In this document: in pieces, positions 23,787 through 36,608 of the stretch
Position numbering within the stretch: the stretch's first letter is position 1
Layout of the letters: every line of letters starts with the position of its first letter
Assembly (NCBI GenBank): GCA_015680685.1
Contig: MNCI01002478.1
Location: forward strand, 12,945-76,944
Direction of reading: 5' to 3'
Source of the DNA: Gnetum montanum
Lineage: Eukaryota > Plantae > Gnetophyta
Length of the DNA: 64,000 bases
Notes under the pieces: generated by a model
What the model was told of the DNA's origin: nothing
The model's database searches: none
What the model saw: the letters and a program-made list of their open reading frames with translations, nothing else
Position numbers and translations under genes: made by a program

Positions 23787-25929
23787 NATATGATCACAAC
23801 ATGATCAAGGGTTAGCATTTAATGTGTAACTTGAAATAATTGGGATACCTTATCTCTTAGGATAGTTACACTTGGCTAAGTTATGATCACGGTTTAGTTT
23901 ATTATTTTAATATTATTTTATTCTTATTTTAATATTAATAAATAATTTTAGATTTACTGAAGTTTCTTGCAAAGATTAAATTCTCAAAAATTGATGGTTT
24001 AATGTTGTTCTATTTATTAACCCTTTGGGAGAGTTAGAAAAATTTTGAAAATTTTTTTCTTAGAAACCTTAAGGTTTGTGGCCCCCACAACTAGGATCTT
24101 GCCTCCAATAGCTATGAGATTGAAGAATAGAGTGATTTGGACAAATAGTATGAAAGTTATCAACTTTGGAAGATTTTGGGCTATAAAAAATTGCAAAAAC
24201 TTCCCTTTTATTTTGAATCAAATTACAAAAAATTTTAAAATTTTTGATGGTATTTAAAATATTTTTGCACTACGTTGACTAGGCCTAATCAACATAGTTA
24301 TTGATCAATATTAACTTTGTCAAAAATAATAAGAAATAAGGAGTTTTTAAATGAAGTTTGAATCAAATGGAAGTCCAAAAATCCAAGAACATGATGAAAA
24401 TATTAGAAGAGGGTTTTGAAATTTAGAAAATGGAGAAATGATTAAAGAATTAGATGTTATGAAGAAAAATTCCTTAAGAGATGTGCAATTGGATGCATGA
24501 TGGAGCACATAAAAGATTTGATTGCAGCAACATCTAAGGGTAAGTGACATAAATAACCAAGCCACAAGATATGCAAGTGTTTCCTCTCCATAGTCATACA
24601 TGTCCTTTTTGCCCTTGCATAACCTCAACTAAGGAGTCCATGGGCCCCATAGTTGATTAATGATTACCTAAAGTTAAGGTTTAAAAGTTTCAACACATTA
24701 ATCTGAGACATGAAAAATACATGAAAAATGATAGTGAGGTAAGTTATGGAGAGCATTGATGGATGATATAGAGAATGGAATGGATGTCCCAATCATGGAT
24801 AGATGATGTCCCTTATGAGAATCATGGTTAATGATCTGATAAAGTCTAACCTTAGTCCAAACCAAAAACAACCACTTTCAGTGATTTTGCAACATCTCTC
24901 TAGGACTGGTCCACCTCCTTGAGATACAAGAATACTTCCATAGATAACCACCATTCCTTATTTAAGAGGAAAAGAGAAGCAGGAAATGAAAAAGGGCCTT
25001 AGTTAGAGGGGACCTTCAAGCATGGGTAACATGTCATTCAAGTCCCATAACCATTGCGTGTAGCACATTTATTTTGTTTAAGAGGCATGCTTTGAATTTC
25101 CATCATCATTTTTCTTTTTTTATGTGTTTTTTTATTTTAAAATTTTTTTGATGGGAACCACACCATGTTGAGACTTATTCAACTTCCTATTATTAGTTAA
25201 CATGGAATGATAAGAAATCCATGCAAACACACATGCACTCAAGCAAGTAGAAAGGCATAAAGAACTTTGAATCCTCTTGAATACATACATTTTTCAAACC
25301 TTTCAATCCTTTCCAAGCTTGGTAAAACTACTAAGGTTACAAGTTTGTTAAGATTTTATTTATGAAAAAGGAGCCACATATTTTTAAAATAAGAAAACTA
25401 TAGAGTTTCTGGATGGGTGGATGATGTGGACTCACTACTCATTCCATGTAAAAGAAACCAATCTTAGTTATCATTCATCAAAATTCAAAAATAGAAACTA
25501 GACACTGGCAATCAAAAAACATTAAGGACAAACTACCATTAACAATAGCTACAGCACCCCTGTGTCTTGTTGGAAATAGAGCAATTTTATTAGAAGATAA
25601 GGAAAATTCACACTAAAATAAGGAAAAATAAAAAATAAATTGTAAAATATTCAAGAAAAATGAAATGTACTAACAATGTTGTAAAACATAAATTGGAGAA
25701 ATTAATAAAAAAAATAAGGTGTAAGATAAAGAAGGATTTAAACAAAAAGTTGTAAAAATAATAAAGTGTTAAATAAAAAAGTGGAAAAAAAACATGAAAA
25801 ACTAAGAAGCCATGTAAATGTTTAGCATGGATGATCATCTTATTCATGACTAAGTTGTAAAGAGAAGATCTAAAAAATTAAGTGTGGTTGTCCATCCATT
25901 GAGGTCTTGCTTCCACTTTCTTACTTGGG

Positions 25930-28900
25930 TTCATGAAAAGGTTGGACTTATTGCATGTTAACTAGCTACTTTTTGTTCAGTCTCTTAGAGTTGTAAATTA
26001 ACATGGCCCTAGAAGAAAAAGTTTCATCAATAATATAAGGCCCTTTCCACAATGTTTGGAACTTAGTTTGTTGAGGTATGTGTGTGGGGTTCTAGTAAAG
26101 AACCTTATCTCTATGTTGAAACTTGATTTTCCTTATTCTTAGGTCATGTCATTACTTGTTGAATGCCTTGTGCACTTCATTCAAAGATAGGGCTAGTAAT
26201 CATTTTTCATCTAGCATGTTAAGGTTGATCAATGGTTCTCTTTGTGCTAGACTTAGACCAAGGTCTAGGTCACATGCTATCAACTACACATTATGAGATC
26301 AAACTTTTGCAAGATCACCAACCACCATATGATATAGAGACTCATCCTTAGCTTATTCATCAAGAAGGAAATTGCACTATGATTAGTGTGCACAAACACT
26401 TTGTATCCAAGCACATAGTGCCTGAACTTTTGTCGAGCATACACCCCTACCATTAGTTCTTTCTTCATTGTGGTGTAATTTAATTGTGCATCCACAATGC
26501 TTTGACTTATATAGTTGATGTAATATGGATGTTTCTTGTCATCTAATTGCACAAGCATAGCCCTCACAACATAATTTGATGCATCTATCATTATATGAAA
26601 TGGTCTAGACCAATTAGGTGCTCGTAGAATTGCCTGTACAAGCTTCTGCTTGGGGCTTTTTAATGTATTTTCACATTCCTTGGTCTAGATGAATGGAGCA
26701 TATGTATTTGTAAGCTTGACCAATGTTTTTGCAATCTTAGATAAATTCTCGATAAAATGCTAGTAGTAGCCAAAGTATCCAAGGAATGACTGAACATATT
26801 TAATAGTTTCTGGTTGGTGAGTTATTCTTTGGATGACCCTTAACTTATCAAGGTCCACCTCAATCCCTACTTGAGAAATTTTGTGCCTTGGTATAATGCC
26901 CTCCTAGACCATTAGATGGCTATTTTACTAATTAAGCTAAATATTTTTCTTCACACACCTTTGAAGCACTTGCTCAAGGTGGTTCAAGGCTTGTTCAAAT
27001 GTGGTATCATAGGTGGAGAAGTCATCCATGAAGACTTTTAGCCTACAAGCAATTTGTTGCTAAAAAATGCTCAAGACCAAGTGTTGGAATATTGTGGGAG
27101 AATTACATAGACCAAAAGGCATCTTTTGATATGCAAAAGTTCCCCAAGGACTCATGAATGTTACTTTGGCTTGATCCTCTAGCATGATTTAGATTTGGTT
27201 ATAGCCATTATAATCATCCATAAAGCTATAATAGTAATGCCTAGAAATACTACCCAACACTTGGTCCATAAATTGTAATGGAAAGTGAGCTTTGAATGTT
27301 GTCATATTCAATAGTTAGAAGTCAATGTACCCCTACCACTTGCCACCTTTCTTTGGCACAATCACAAGTGGACTAACCCACTCACTATTTCCAATGGGAT
27401 GGATAAACCCCACCTTCAAGAGTTGCTTGATTTTCTCTTTGATGATCTACTTCAATTTCAGGTTCAATTGCCGCTACAACTACCTTTTTTGCCTAATGGT
27501 TGGATTAGTGTAGATATGATGCTAGCATATCCTAGGATCAATCCTTATGAGTTTAGGATATGACAAAGAAAAGATTATTGGCCATTTTTTAACCACCATC
27601 AATAGCATCTATTTCTGTTCAAGTGTAAGACTAACATTGATGATTACTGGCTTGCCATTTTTGAAAAATGCATACTCCATACCAGTAGGTAGAGTTTTCA
27701 ACTCTAAGAGATCTTGTCTAATATTTTCAAGGATTTATAACTCTTCCCAATCAGTATCATCATTTGCATTATCAAAGAGTTGGTGATGAACTTGATCTAG
27801 TTCATCCATGATTTCAATATAGGCACTGGGTGTACTCCTATTTTATGGTTATTGCAAAGTAGGTTCAATGCAAAGTGTACTACTTCCAAGATCAATGCAA
27901 AGTGTACTACTTCCAAGATCAATGATTAGCCACTGGGTGTACTCCTATTTTATGGTTATTGCATACAGGAACCTTTGAATATCTGCCTCATTTGCACACT
28001 ACCTACATGTAGAAATGGATACTCTTTTCATAGACTAGAGTTTCTGTACATAGTTGCATGCTATATTGTTATAAGTGATGCATGGAACTTTCTTCTTCTG
28101 GATCTTTCAAAATGCATTTTTCTTGAATATTTCCAAGGAAAGATCTTTAATACCCATTTTTCATCAATAGTGCTCAACCAAGTCCTTCACATAATGATTG
28201 GGAAGTCCCCCTACAATTATCAACTTTAATTACTAGGAAATCAATAGGATAATACCACCCATAAACAATGGTTAAAATATCTTCTACTAGTTGCAATGAA
28301 ACAATGATGGATTAATCTATTAGTTCTAAATGGATGTTGCCCCTCTTGAGAGGAGGCAAGTTCTAAGCATTGTATTTTGTAAGAAATTAGATTAAATTCA
28401 ATACTTGAGTCAATAAGAGCCTTGCATGGCTCATTCTTAGGAATCTGAAAATAGATGAGAGAACTTCAAAGATCAACTCTTTTCCTATGAAGGTTGCTAG
28501 CCTTGATTCAATCAGATATAGTATGGGTTAATATAACTATGCAAATCTTGAAAGGCATTTGGTTTGGAGGGTTCTTGAAAGAATGGATGCTGAAGATGAA
28601 AGAGATATAGGAAAACTAGTTGCATAAGTAGATGAGGGTTTAGTAGGGCTATTTCTTAAAAAGAATGATCTTTGATGGGTTCTTGATTCCAAACCACTTA
28701 TTTGAGGAGCCAACTATAAGTTAATAGCCCTGGTAGCATTACATTATTACAATTGGACTAGAAGCTCATCCTACATGGATGAAGCATGTCGTAATTGGGT
28801 TAAGGATGGAGGAGCATGTGTTGAAGGATGAGCAAGATAGGGATGTGGGGATTTTCCTCTAGTAGATGGAGAATGAGCTCTATAATACTTTGGGGGGTAG

Positions 28901-30970
28901 TAGTGATGTTGAAAAGAAGCATGACTAGAACAGTCATGCAAAGATATTAACTATTGAACATAGTACTTATATGGATTTGGCTGCTTGTAAGGTACTACTA
29001 CCTTGGTGGTGGCATCCCCAATGACTATGGACATTTCCACTATTGGTATTACTCATATGGATATGGTGGAGCTTTACTTGGATAATAAGCTTGTTTCTGC
29101 TAGTGGAACTACCTTGGATTTCCTTGAGGATAAGGTAATATTATAGGTGCTTTTCTTCTTACCATTCTAGGATTCAATGCCTACACCTTAGACTTTTGCA
29201 AGTGTGACATGATAGGGAAACATCTTTTAGGATGTTTGTATTGGTAGATGTCACATCCACCACCATCATCTAATTCTAACTCTAAAACCTCTTCTATTTT
29301 TTCAACCTTACTCTTTTACCCCTTTGGTAGGCACATTCAACTTCTTTCCTTCTCCTGTAATCATGATCACTACTCTACTCTCTTAATTCTTCTATAATTT
29401 TAAGATTAGTTTGAAATTTTATGTTTAAATAATATTTTAATTTATCAACCTTAGACAATATGTTGAAAATATATTTTTGTATTAGCAAGGTTTTTTGCTA
29501 CACCACCTCATCAAGTGGTGACTCCTCATTGTTACAAAATCAGACCTCTCATTTTCCAATGAGAGAATCCTTGTTATATTCCTTTGCACCTTCTCATTTT
29601 CTTAGCTCTCCTTCATTTTTTGCTACTTGCTTAATTAGACTTTTGTTCTAATGGGCTCTAAGTTCTTATAGTCTTCCATAGGCATCAACCCAAAGACTTT
29701 TTCTCATTTTCTATCTAAGTCCATCTATGATGTGGCAAAGTTGTTCCTGCTGAGAATAACCATGGCCACATCATCAGTGTATGAGAGAATAGTATCTACC
29801 CATTGTAGAATCCAATAATTCTTTTTTTTTCTTTCATCCTTGGATTTTCCTTCTCAGATTAGACACTTAGGAGTATATTGGGTATTTATCATTGAACAAC
29901 TTTAGCATTGTACTCCACCTGCAGATGGATTCTGGCTCTAAGGACTGATGCTAGCTTTCTGCTTCCTTAATGAGTATACTAGAAAATAGTTTTAATTTAT
30001 TCCAGTCATTCTCAATATTCTATAAAACATATGTATTGTGAAAGGCTTGAATATGTGTTTGTAGATTAAAGTTATATCCCCCTTCAAATCTGAGGATATT
30101 GTTTATGTCAAGTCACTTGATCCAACTATTTTTCACATGCCTAGTTAGAAGTTTTATTTCCTCTATAATATTCAACATTCTTCTAGTGGAAAGAAAAGGA
30201 TCATCATCATTATTTTGATTATGCCTATTATGTCCTTTGCTACTACTTTGTTCATGATGGGCCCAGTGGTCATTATTGTCCCATTGTTCACCTTCATCAT
30301 AGTTCTTCTTTTTGTGGCATGTATCAAAACTATAGGAGGGAGAAGAAGATTCAGATGAAGAGGGTGAATTTGGAGGAGGACTATCACCACCATGGTGTTT
30401 TCCACCTCCTCTATGCTTGTAATGGTCACATTCATTATCTTTCATGTCATCTTGATGCTTGGCTAAGCCCCTGCTTTGAATTACACTTTTTCCTTAACCT
30501 TGATTGTTAATAGTGGACTGCAACTTCAAGTTCAAGCCCCCATCACCAATATCAAGTGGTGGATAATCTTCATATTGATAACCCCTAGAGGGAGGATCCT
30601 CATTGTCATTTTGGTTGAGCAAGAATAAGGAATTGGTGAACTATCTCCCATTGAAGGCCTAATTATGCTTTTGTTGGTGTCAATCTCTCCTATGTTGTGT
30701 TTCAGTGGTATGGTAGTCCCAGTAGTCATGGTTATGCACAATGTACTCTTATTAACAATTCTAGATGCCTAACCTCCTAAGCATTTGGATTAGCATCCTA
30801 GGCACAAATTGATTGGAAGGCATTGCAATGTTGCCCTCAATATCTGGCCACCATAGTTGTTCATCTTGATACACGATGAAGGTGAAGTCAAGCACATACT
30901 CATCTAGATGAGTATATACCACCATGAATTCTTGAGGCACTAGAAATTTGGTATCATCATGCCTATGAGA
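25930..30970 (-). pseudogene. Degenerate gag-pol with integrase core deleted
   Basis: ALIDS protease (~28415), MDDYNGYNQI (~27220), FMDDFSTY (~27030), IDASNYVVRAML / KFRHYVLG (26280-26591), then directly the integrase C-terminus WKGPYI (~26040). Confidence 0.88.
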
Positions 30971-31116
30971 AGGACAAATTTTTCAATTAGAATAAGATAT
31001 TAGTGTGCTTAAATGATTATATTTATTTTTAGAATGATTTTGACATTAAGGTTCATCCAATGATGTTAACAATTTTTACTATGCCTAGATAACACATGTT
31101 TCAAAAAAGAAAAAGA

Positions 31117-31135
31117 GTCCTAGGAAATGATGCCA
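31117..31135 (-). promoter_or_regulatory. Decayed tRNA-Asp-type PBS
   Basis: The - strand reads TGGCATCATTTCCTAGGAC one base after the LTR end CACTCATCA, the same context as 39996-40013. Confidence 0.7.
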
Positions 31136-31136
31136 A

Positions 31137-32085
31137 TGATGAGTGAAAAATAGCCCTACACTCAACCATACAAATCACTAAACATTAACATGTGATCCAA
31201 TCAAATTTCGTGGACTCTATGTGTTCTAGTACACTAGCCTCTAGGAAGTGAACTTTCCCTAACAATCATTTATTGTCTTCCCAATTACACTTGTAATATG
31301 AAGAGGTATGGTTATGTGTAATTGAGGCATATGATTTTTCTTATTTTTATCTTTTATATTTTGGGTGCTTAAAATAAAGGATGAAATGAATAAAGTAATT
31401 TAATTGCTAAGTTAACATAACTAATTAACCAATGTCTAACTAATTCTAACATAAAACTCCTATCCCACTTTCCATACACAACTTGAACATGTATAATGTA
31501 GTTAGATTATCAAATGTTAACTGTTACTATGATTACCAAGTAACATGTGCATGCTCAAAGTAGTCGTACTTATGTGCTTAATCAATCACTACTTAATCTA
31601 GCTTAATCACTTAAAGCATTAAAGGAAATTGCATAAAAAATTAAATGTATAAATAAATAATTATTCTATTTCAAAGTGCTAAAATTTTTATTAAAAAGCT
31701 TATCTTTATTGCCACACAGACTACTATACTCAACTACAACTGTTCTTGAATAAAGATCTATACACTCTTAAATCCTACTATGGGAACTTAGAAAAATATT
31801 CTAACTTCCAAATGATAAAACTACAAAAGCTCCACTACAACTATGAGAACACATGCCATAAATAGGGAGGGTGACCATGTATTTATAGGAAAAAATAGAC
31901 ACTATGTCAATGGGGTCATGCCAATGCATCAAATCATGCACTAACAGGGCCTTGTCGGTCAGGCCTTGTCAATGCATCAAACCATGCATTAATAGGGTCT
32001 AATCAATGAGACCTAGTTGATGGGGCCTAGTCGATGTAGCCCATTTATGATTCTTCATCTATAGAAAAACAATGTTATACTATCA
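31137..32085 (-). repeat. 5' LTR of - strand Athila-like element (outer end approximate)
   Basis: The U5 end matches the 39094 family (gtgatt.gtatggttg.g.tagggc...cactcatca). CCTATAAATAC on the - strand at ~31880-31890. GGGCC/GTCGAT-type U3 repeats at 31905-32045. Confidence 0.7.
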
Positions 32086-32394
32086 TTAAGGATCTAAAGA
32101 AATTTCTCTACTATTTGTTAAATGCAAAGGTTTTTGTCATTGTTCTTGGTTTAGCCATCATTGCATTAGCCAAGTTACAAGATCCTAGTGAAACAAAATG
32201 CTAAATAGATTATAAAATTACAAGAGTTTAATATGCAATGAAAAGTAGCTAAGTTAGTTAGAAGAACTAGACTTGCCAAGGTCATAGCTAAAGCCTCAAC
32301 TTTGGAAAGACATGACACACTTAAAGATCAAGAATCAATATGACTTTACATACTATCTGTTGATATGAAGAATGACCTATTTGGTCTTAATTAA

Positions 32395-33666
32395 TTACAT
32401 GATTCATGATATGGATATATCAAGTTTTATTTAACCTTTCATCATTGTCCTTTAGACTTACCTAGTTATAAAAGAAATCTTTTATTATGTAAATGTTCTA
32501 ATTTTACTTTAATCAATGGTGAGTTTTTTAGGAAAAATCTAGAAGGAATATACCTTTAATGTTTAGACCAAGAATAAGCTAATGATGCTTTAAAGCAACT
32601 ACATGAGGAAGAACATATAGGACATTGCTTGTTAGTATATAAAATTACTAGAGTAGGTTACTATTAGCCTACTATGATTGATGATGATTAAAACCTAGTT
32701 AAAACTTATGTACAATGTCAAATGTTTAAAAGAAAAAATTCCAAATGTTTAGCTCCTTTACAACCTATAATATAAATAGACCATTCACACAATTGAATTT
32801 AGATTTTCTAGGAGTAATTAATTATTTATTAACAACTCAACATAAGTTTATCTTAATGGCTATTTATTATTGCACATGTTGGTTAGAAGTGAAAGTAACT
32901 AAAATTGCAACATCTCATGTAGTTATTTGGTTTTTAGAAAATGATATAGTTTCCTAATATGGATATCCTTATGCCTTAATAGTAACTAATGGGCAAGATT
33001 TCATTTCTATAGAATTCACAAATTGGGCTAGGGAACATAACATTGTTACTAAAGCTATAATTAAGTATTATTTCCACGGTCATGGTTTAGTAGATTCATC
33101 TAATAAAATTATATTAAATGGAATTAAGAAGATGATAAATCAAAATTCATGAACATTGCATGAACAATTAAAATGGATAGCATGGGCTAAAAGAATTTTT
33201 TATAAAGATTCAATCAAAACTACACCATATGATTTAGTATAGGGACAAGAAACAATTTTACCAATAAATTTGCAAATTCCAATACATCATTTTTTCTTAG
33301 ATTATTTACCAACTGATGAACATTAAATTTCATTCACATATGATATTTGGATTTAGAATTTAAAAGATTCAAAGAAACTGAAAGCCTATTTAATCATCAA
33401 CACATTGTTAAAAGATGGTTTGATATGAAATATGTAGTTATGTTTTTAAAGTAGGTGATCTATTCATAAAGAGAGAGTGTGTGCTTGGTGAAAAAGATTT
33501 TCAAAATAAGTTTTCTTCTATTTGGTTAGGTCCATACCAAGTCAGAGATGTCGTTGGCCCCAATGTTTACAAAGTTGCTGATTTACAAGGATATAAATTA
33601 AATAGAAATTTTAATGTATTTTATTTAAAGAATTTCTATGTAGGTTCTCATCATGGGTATTGGTAG
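32395..33666 (+). pseudogene. Orphan AT-rich gypsy integrase fragment
   Basis: KQLHEE..GH, RVGYY*PTM, VQCQ, PFTQLNLDFLG, IYYCTCWLE, TPYDLV*GQE, KFSSIWLGPYQV. Confidence 0.85.
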
Positions 33667-36198
33667 ATCCTTAGTTACATGCTTTCTTCTCAATATTCAT
33701 GCATTTTATTTGTATATAGCTACATTTAGAATTTTTTTTTACATTTATATCTCATTTTCACACATGTTTAGTCTATCATTATTTTTGCATTAGCCTGATG
33801 GTTTGTTCTACATATGCACATCATCTCCACTTTTAATAGACACTATGATCATTTGAGTCACTAGGCATTGGGTCATCATAACATTATTCAATGATAATAT
33901 AAGTAAAAAATTTTATATATTATTTATGTTATATCATATTACTATTATATAAAATCTCCTTTATATGATAAATTTCAATAATTCTATGATTTCTCTGAAT
34001 CTTTTTCAAGGTTTTAGTTTTATTAGTCATGTTGGATTATAGAGAATGAGATTTATACTAACTTATCATGTTATTATCATGGTCATATGAATGCAAGACA
34101 TGTGAGGTTGAAATATGATTAGCCACAATTACTATGTGACTTGAAAAAATTCCTTTTCCTTTTGATAAGCCCTAACCCTCAAGTGTGATGATCCATGGAT
34201 ATCCTGTCAGCAATAAGGTAAAGTATATTCTTCTATACTTGAGAACACTTGGCCATCCAAGAGACCTACTATGATTTCATCTAACTTATAATTAAAGGCA
34301 CATGCACGAGGATTGAACTACACCATGAGAAATATTACCAAAAGAACCTTGTTCATTGCTAGTGCAGTTAATTGGCCAAACCCATGTTGGAATTATTACC
34401 TTAAAAATGAAGTGCACCATGAGAAAAGTTACATAAAAAACATAAAAGAAAAAAATAGGGTCATGTTGATTAGTACTATAATGAATTCTTAAGTGTAATG
34501 GGATCCAACAGCAATCCTTAACCTAGCCTTCCATCTCCTTTGATCGATTTTCCAAAAACAACATATAAGAGAAAAAGGAAAGAGAAAGTATCCTCTCATA
34601 TCTTTTGCTATCTTTTCCTCTATTTATCATGTTTTCCCTTACACATTTTGATTATTTCTTTCTATTTTCTCTATCTAGAATAAAATACAAAAAAAAAACC
34701 CTAAGAAAAAATCCAAAAGTTGTGACTAGCCATGATCAAAAGAAGCATGTCCTCTTCATAAAGTGTAGTACAAGTCCTATTCTCAAAGGTGTCTCTATAC
34801 TAATGAATTTCACTTGTGAGATGATTGGGAATGAAGTCTAAATTATAAATTATAATATTTATATAGTTTAAATTATAATTTATAAATTTTATGTTTTAAA
34901 TATTAATTAAAACATGATGGTGTTCAAGGTTGGCCCATGACTAGTTACTCTTCTTATTTATGTGATTATTTTAGTTGTGATTAAAACATTATAGTTTACT
35001 TGAAAGTTTCATTGTATGTCACAATTTTATGATTTTTTGTCCTTTATATTTTATAGATTTTTATACTTTTAAAATTTCTATTTATTTTGGTATCCTTGTG
35101 CTTGCATGCAACTCCAAGCTTAAGGGTTAAATGTTGAATATGAAATTTCCCATGAATCAAATGGAGCTTTAACATCTCTCTTTATTATTCTCTTAAGGTA
35201 TTTTTCAAAAAGATTATGAGGCTTTTATCGATCTTTCCTCTTCACCTCTTTACATTGTTTTCTCATGGTTTGATGACCATGTCTTATGGGTTTTTGGTCA
35301 TGTCATTGGTCTTAATTATTGATAAAAAATTTAATAATAATAATAAAATAAAATTTCAAATTAACTAGACAATTATTTTATCCAATGCCAAACTTAGGCT
35401 AGTTTCCAATTTAAGTCGGGCCTTACCCATAAGCACTAGCAAAGAGCTTTGCTCTTGCCATTTCTGTGTTCCATGATTTATTAAAAAAATAAAAATTTTG
35501 ATTATTCTTATATGTAGATAACTTAGAATTACTATTTTATTCTTTGAGTGAAAAATGTAATTACTAACAATGCAGAATGGAAAGAGTGAGAGAATAGATA
35601 AGGCACAGCTGGGCAAGTTTCTTAATTTCCCTTGCAGTTCTTCCTATAATGCTACTCTACACTTATGTGGAAACCATGGGCAAGTTGTTGCTGCAACACC
35701 CCACAACATTACTAAACATATATTTTCCTACTGTAGTATGTTATTGGTAACTGGAGATGTTCACTCTACTTGTAGCAACTCACGTTGTATTTTGGTAATG
35801 GCTTGACTCTTGTGCATAAGCTTTAAAAGTTTTATTCATGAATACACTCATAGCACCATTCATATATTATTCACAATCATCAAAAGACAATGGCACCTAC
35901 TCGGTGCTTCCCACAAACATAAGATTCATGATATTCTATCACACATGGTTTCAACCACCTACTTCTTGCATAATTTCCACATTCGAAATGTCAAGTTGAT
36001 GTCCAATGTTAAGGAAATGGTGGATAACACTTTCCCAGATACCATTAAAAGAAATGATCCTATTGAGAACATCTAGGATGAGCTTGCATTACAAATTAGT
36101 ATGGTTGTTTGGCTTTCATTTTTTTAATGGGTTTTTGCAAACTTGAAGGATTCTTATGAGTAAAATATTAGAATGGTAGAATTTTTTCTAATGGTTCT

Positions 36199-36544
36199 TA
36201 TGGAATATGGTGATTAGATGTTCCACAAAAGAATTAGATAGATATCATCTATAAATATATATTAAATAAGATGAGATCCTATTCATATAATTTCTATCTA
36301 ATCCCATGACTAGTTTATCCTTTATTAAGAAGATCCTTAAATGAGATGATAAGGATCATCCCCATGATTTTTGGATTCATGCTTATCTCTCCAATTCTAT
36401 TCTTAGAAGATCAAAGGTTATATAACAACATATGTTTATTAGTAAGAGAATTTAAGAGAGTTTCATAAGAATATGTTTGTTCTAAATAAGTTCTTTATTT
36501 TCTTTTAGCTCAGATCATAGATACATGTCCCTTTAGATTCTTCA
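36199..36544 (+). repeat. Copia 5' LTR
   Basis: Colinear with 53927-54276. Ends TTCA, first TG mutated to TA. Confidence 0.88.
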
Positions 36545-36546
36545 TT

Positions 36547-36558
36547 TGGTATAAGAGC
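36547..36558 (+). promoter_or_regulatory. PBS, initiator tRNA-Met
   Basis: TGGTATAAGAGC versus canonical TGGTATCAGAGC, 2 nt after the LTR. Confidence 0.88.
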
Positions 36559-36608
36559 TAGTTAGTTTAGGTCCTTGAAAATAGATCTCTCTAGTATGAT
36601 CCAAAATC

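Larger units (their letters stand above)
22272..32085 (-). mobile_element. Truncated, degenerate Athila-like gypsy element (relative of 39094-52373)
   Basis: 5' LTR ~31137-32085, decayed Asp-type PBS, gag-prot-RT-RH on the - strand, and extra-ORF remnants at 22272-22713 (-) and 22932-23786 (+). No 3' LTR is visible. Confidence 0.85.
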
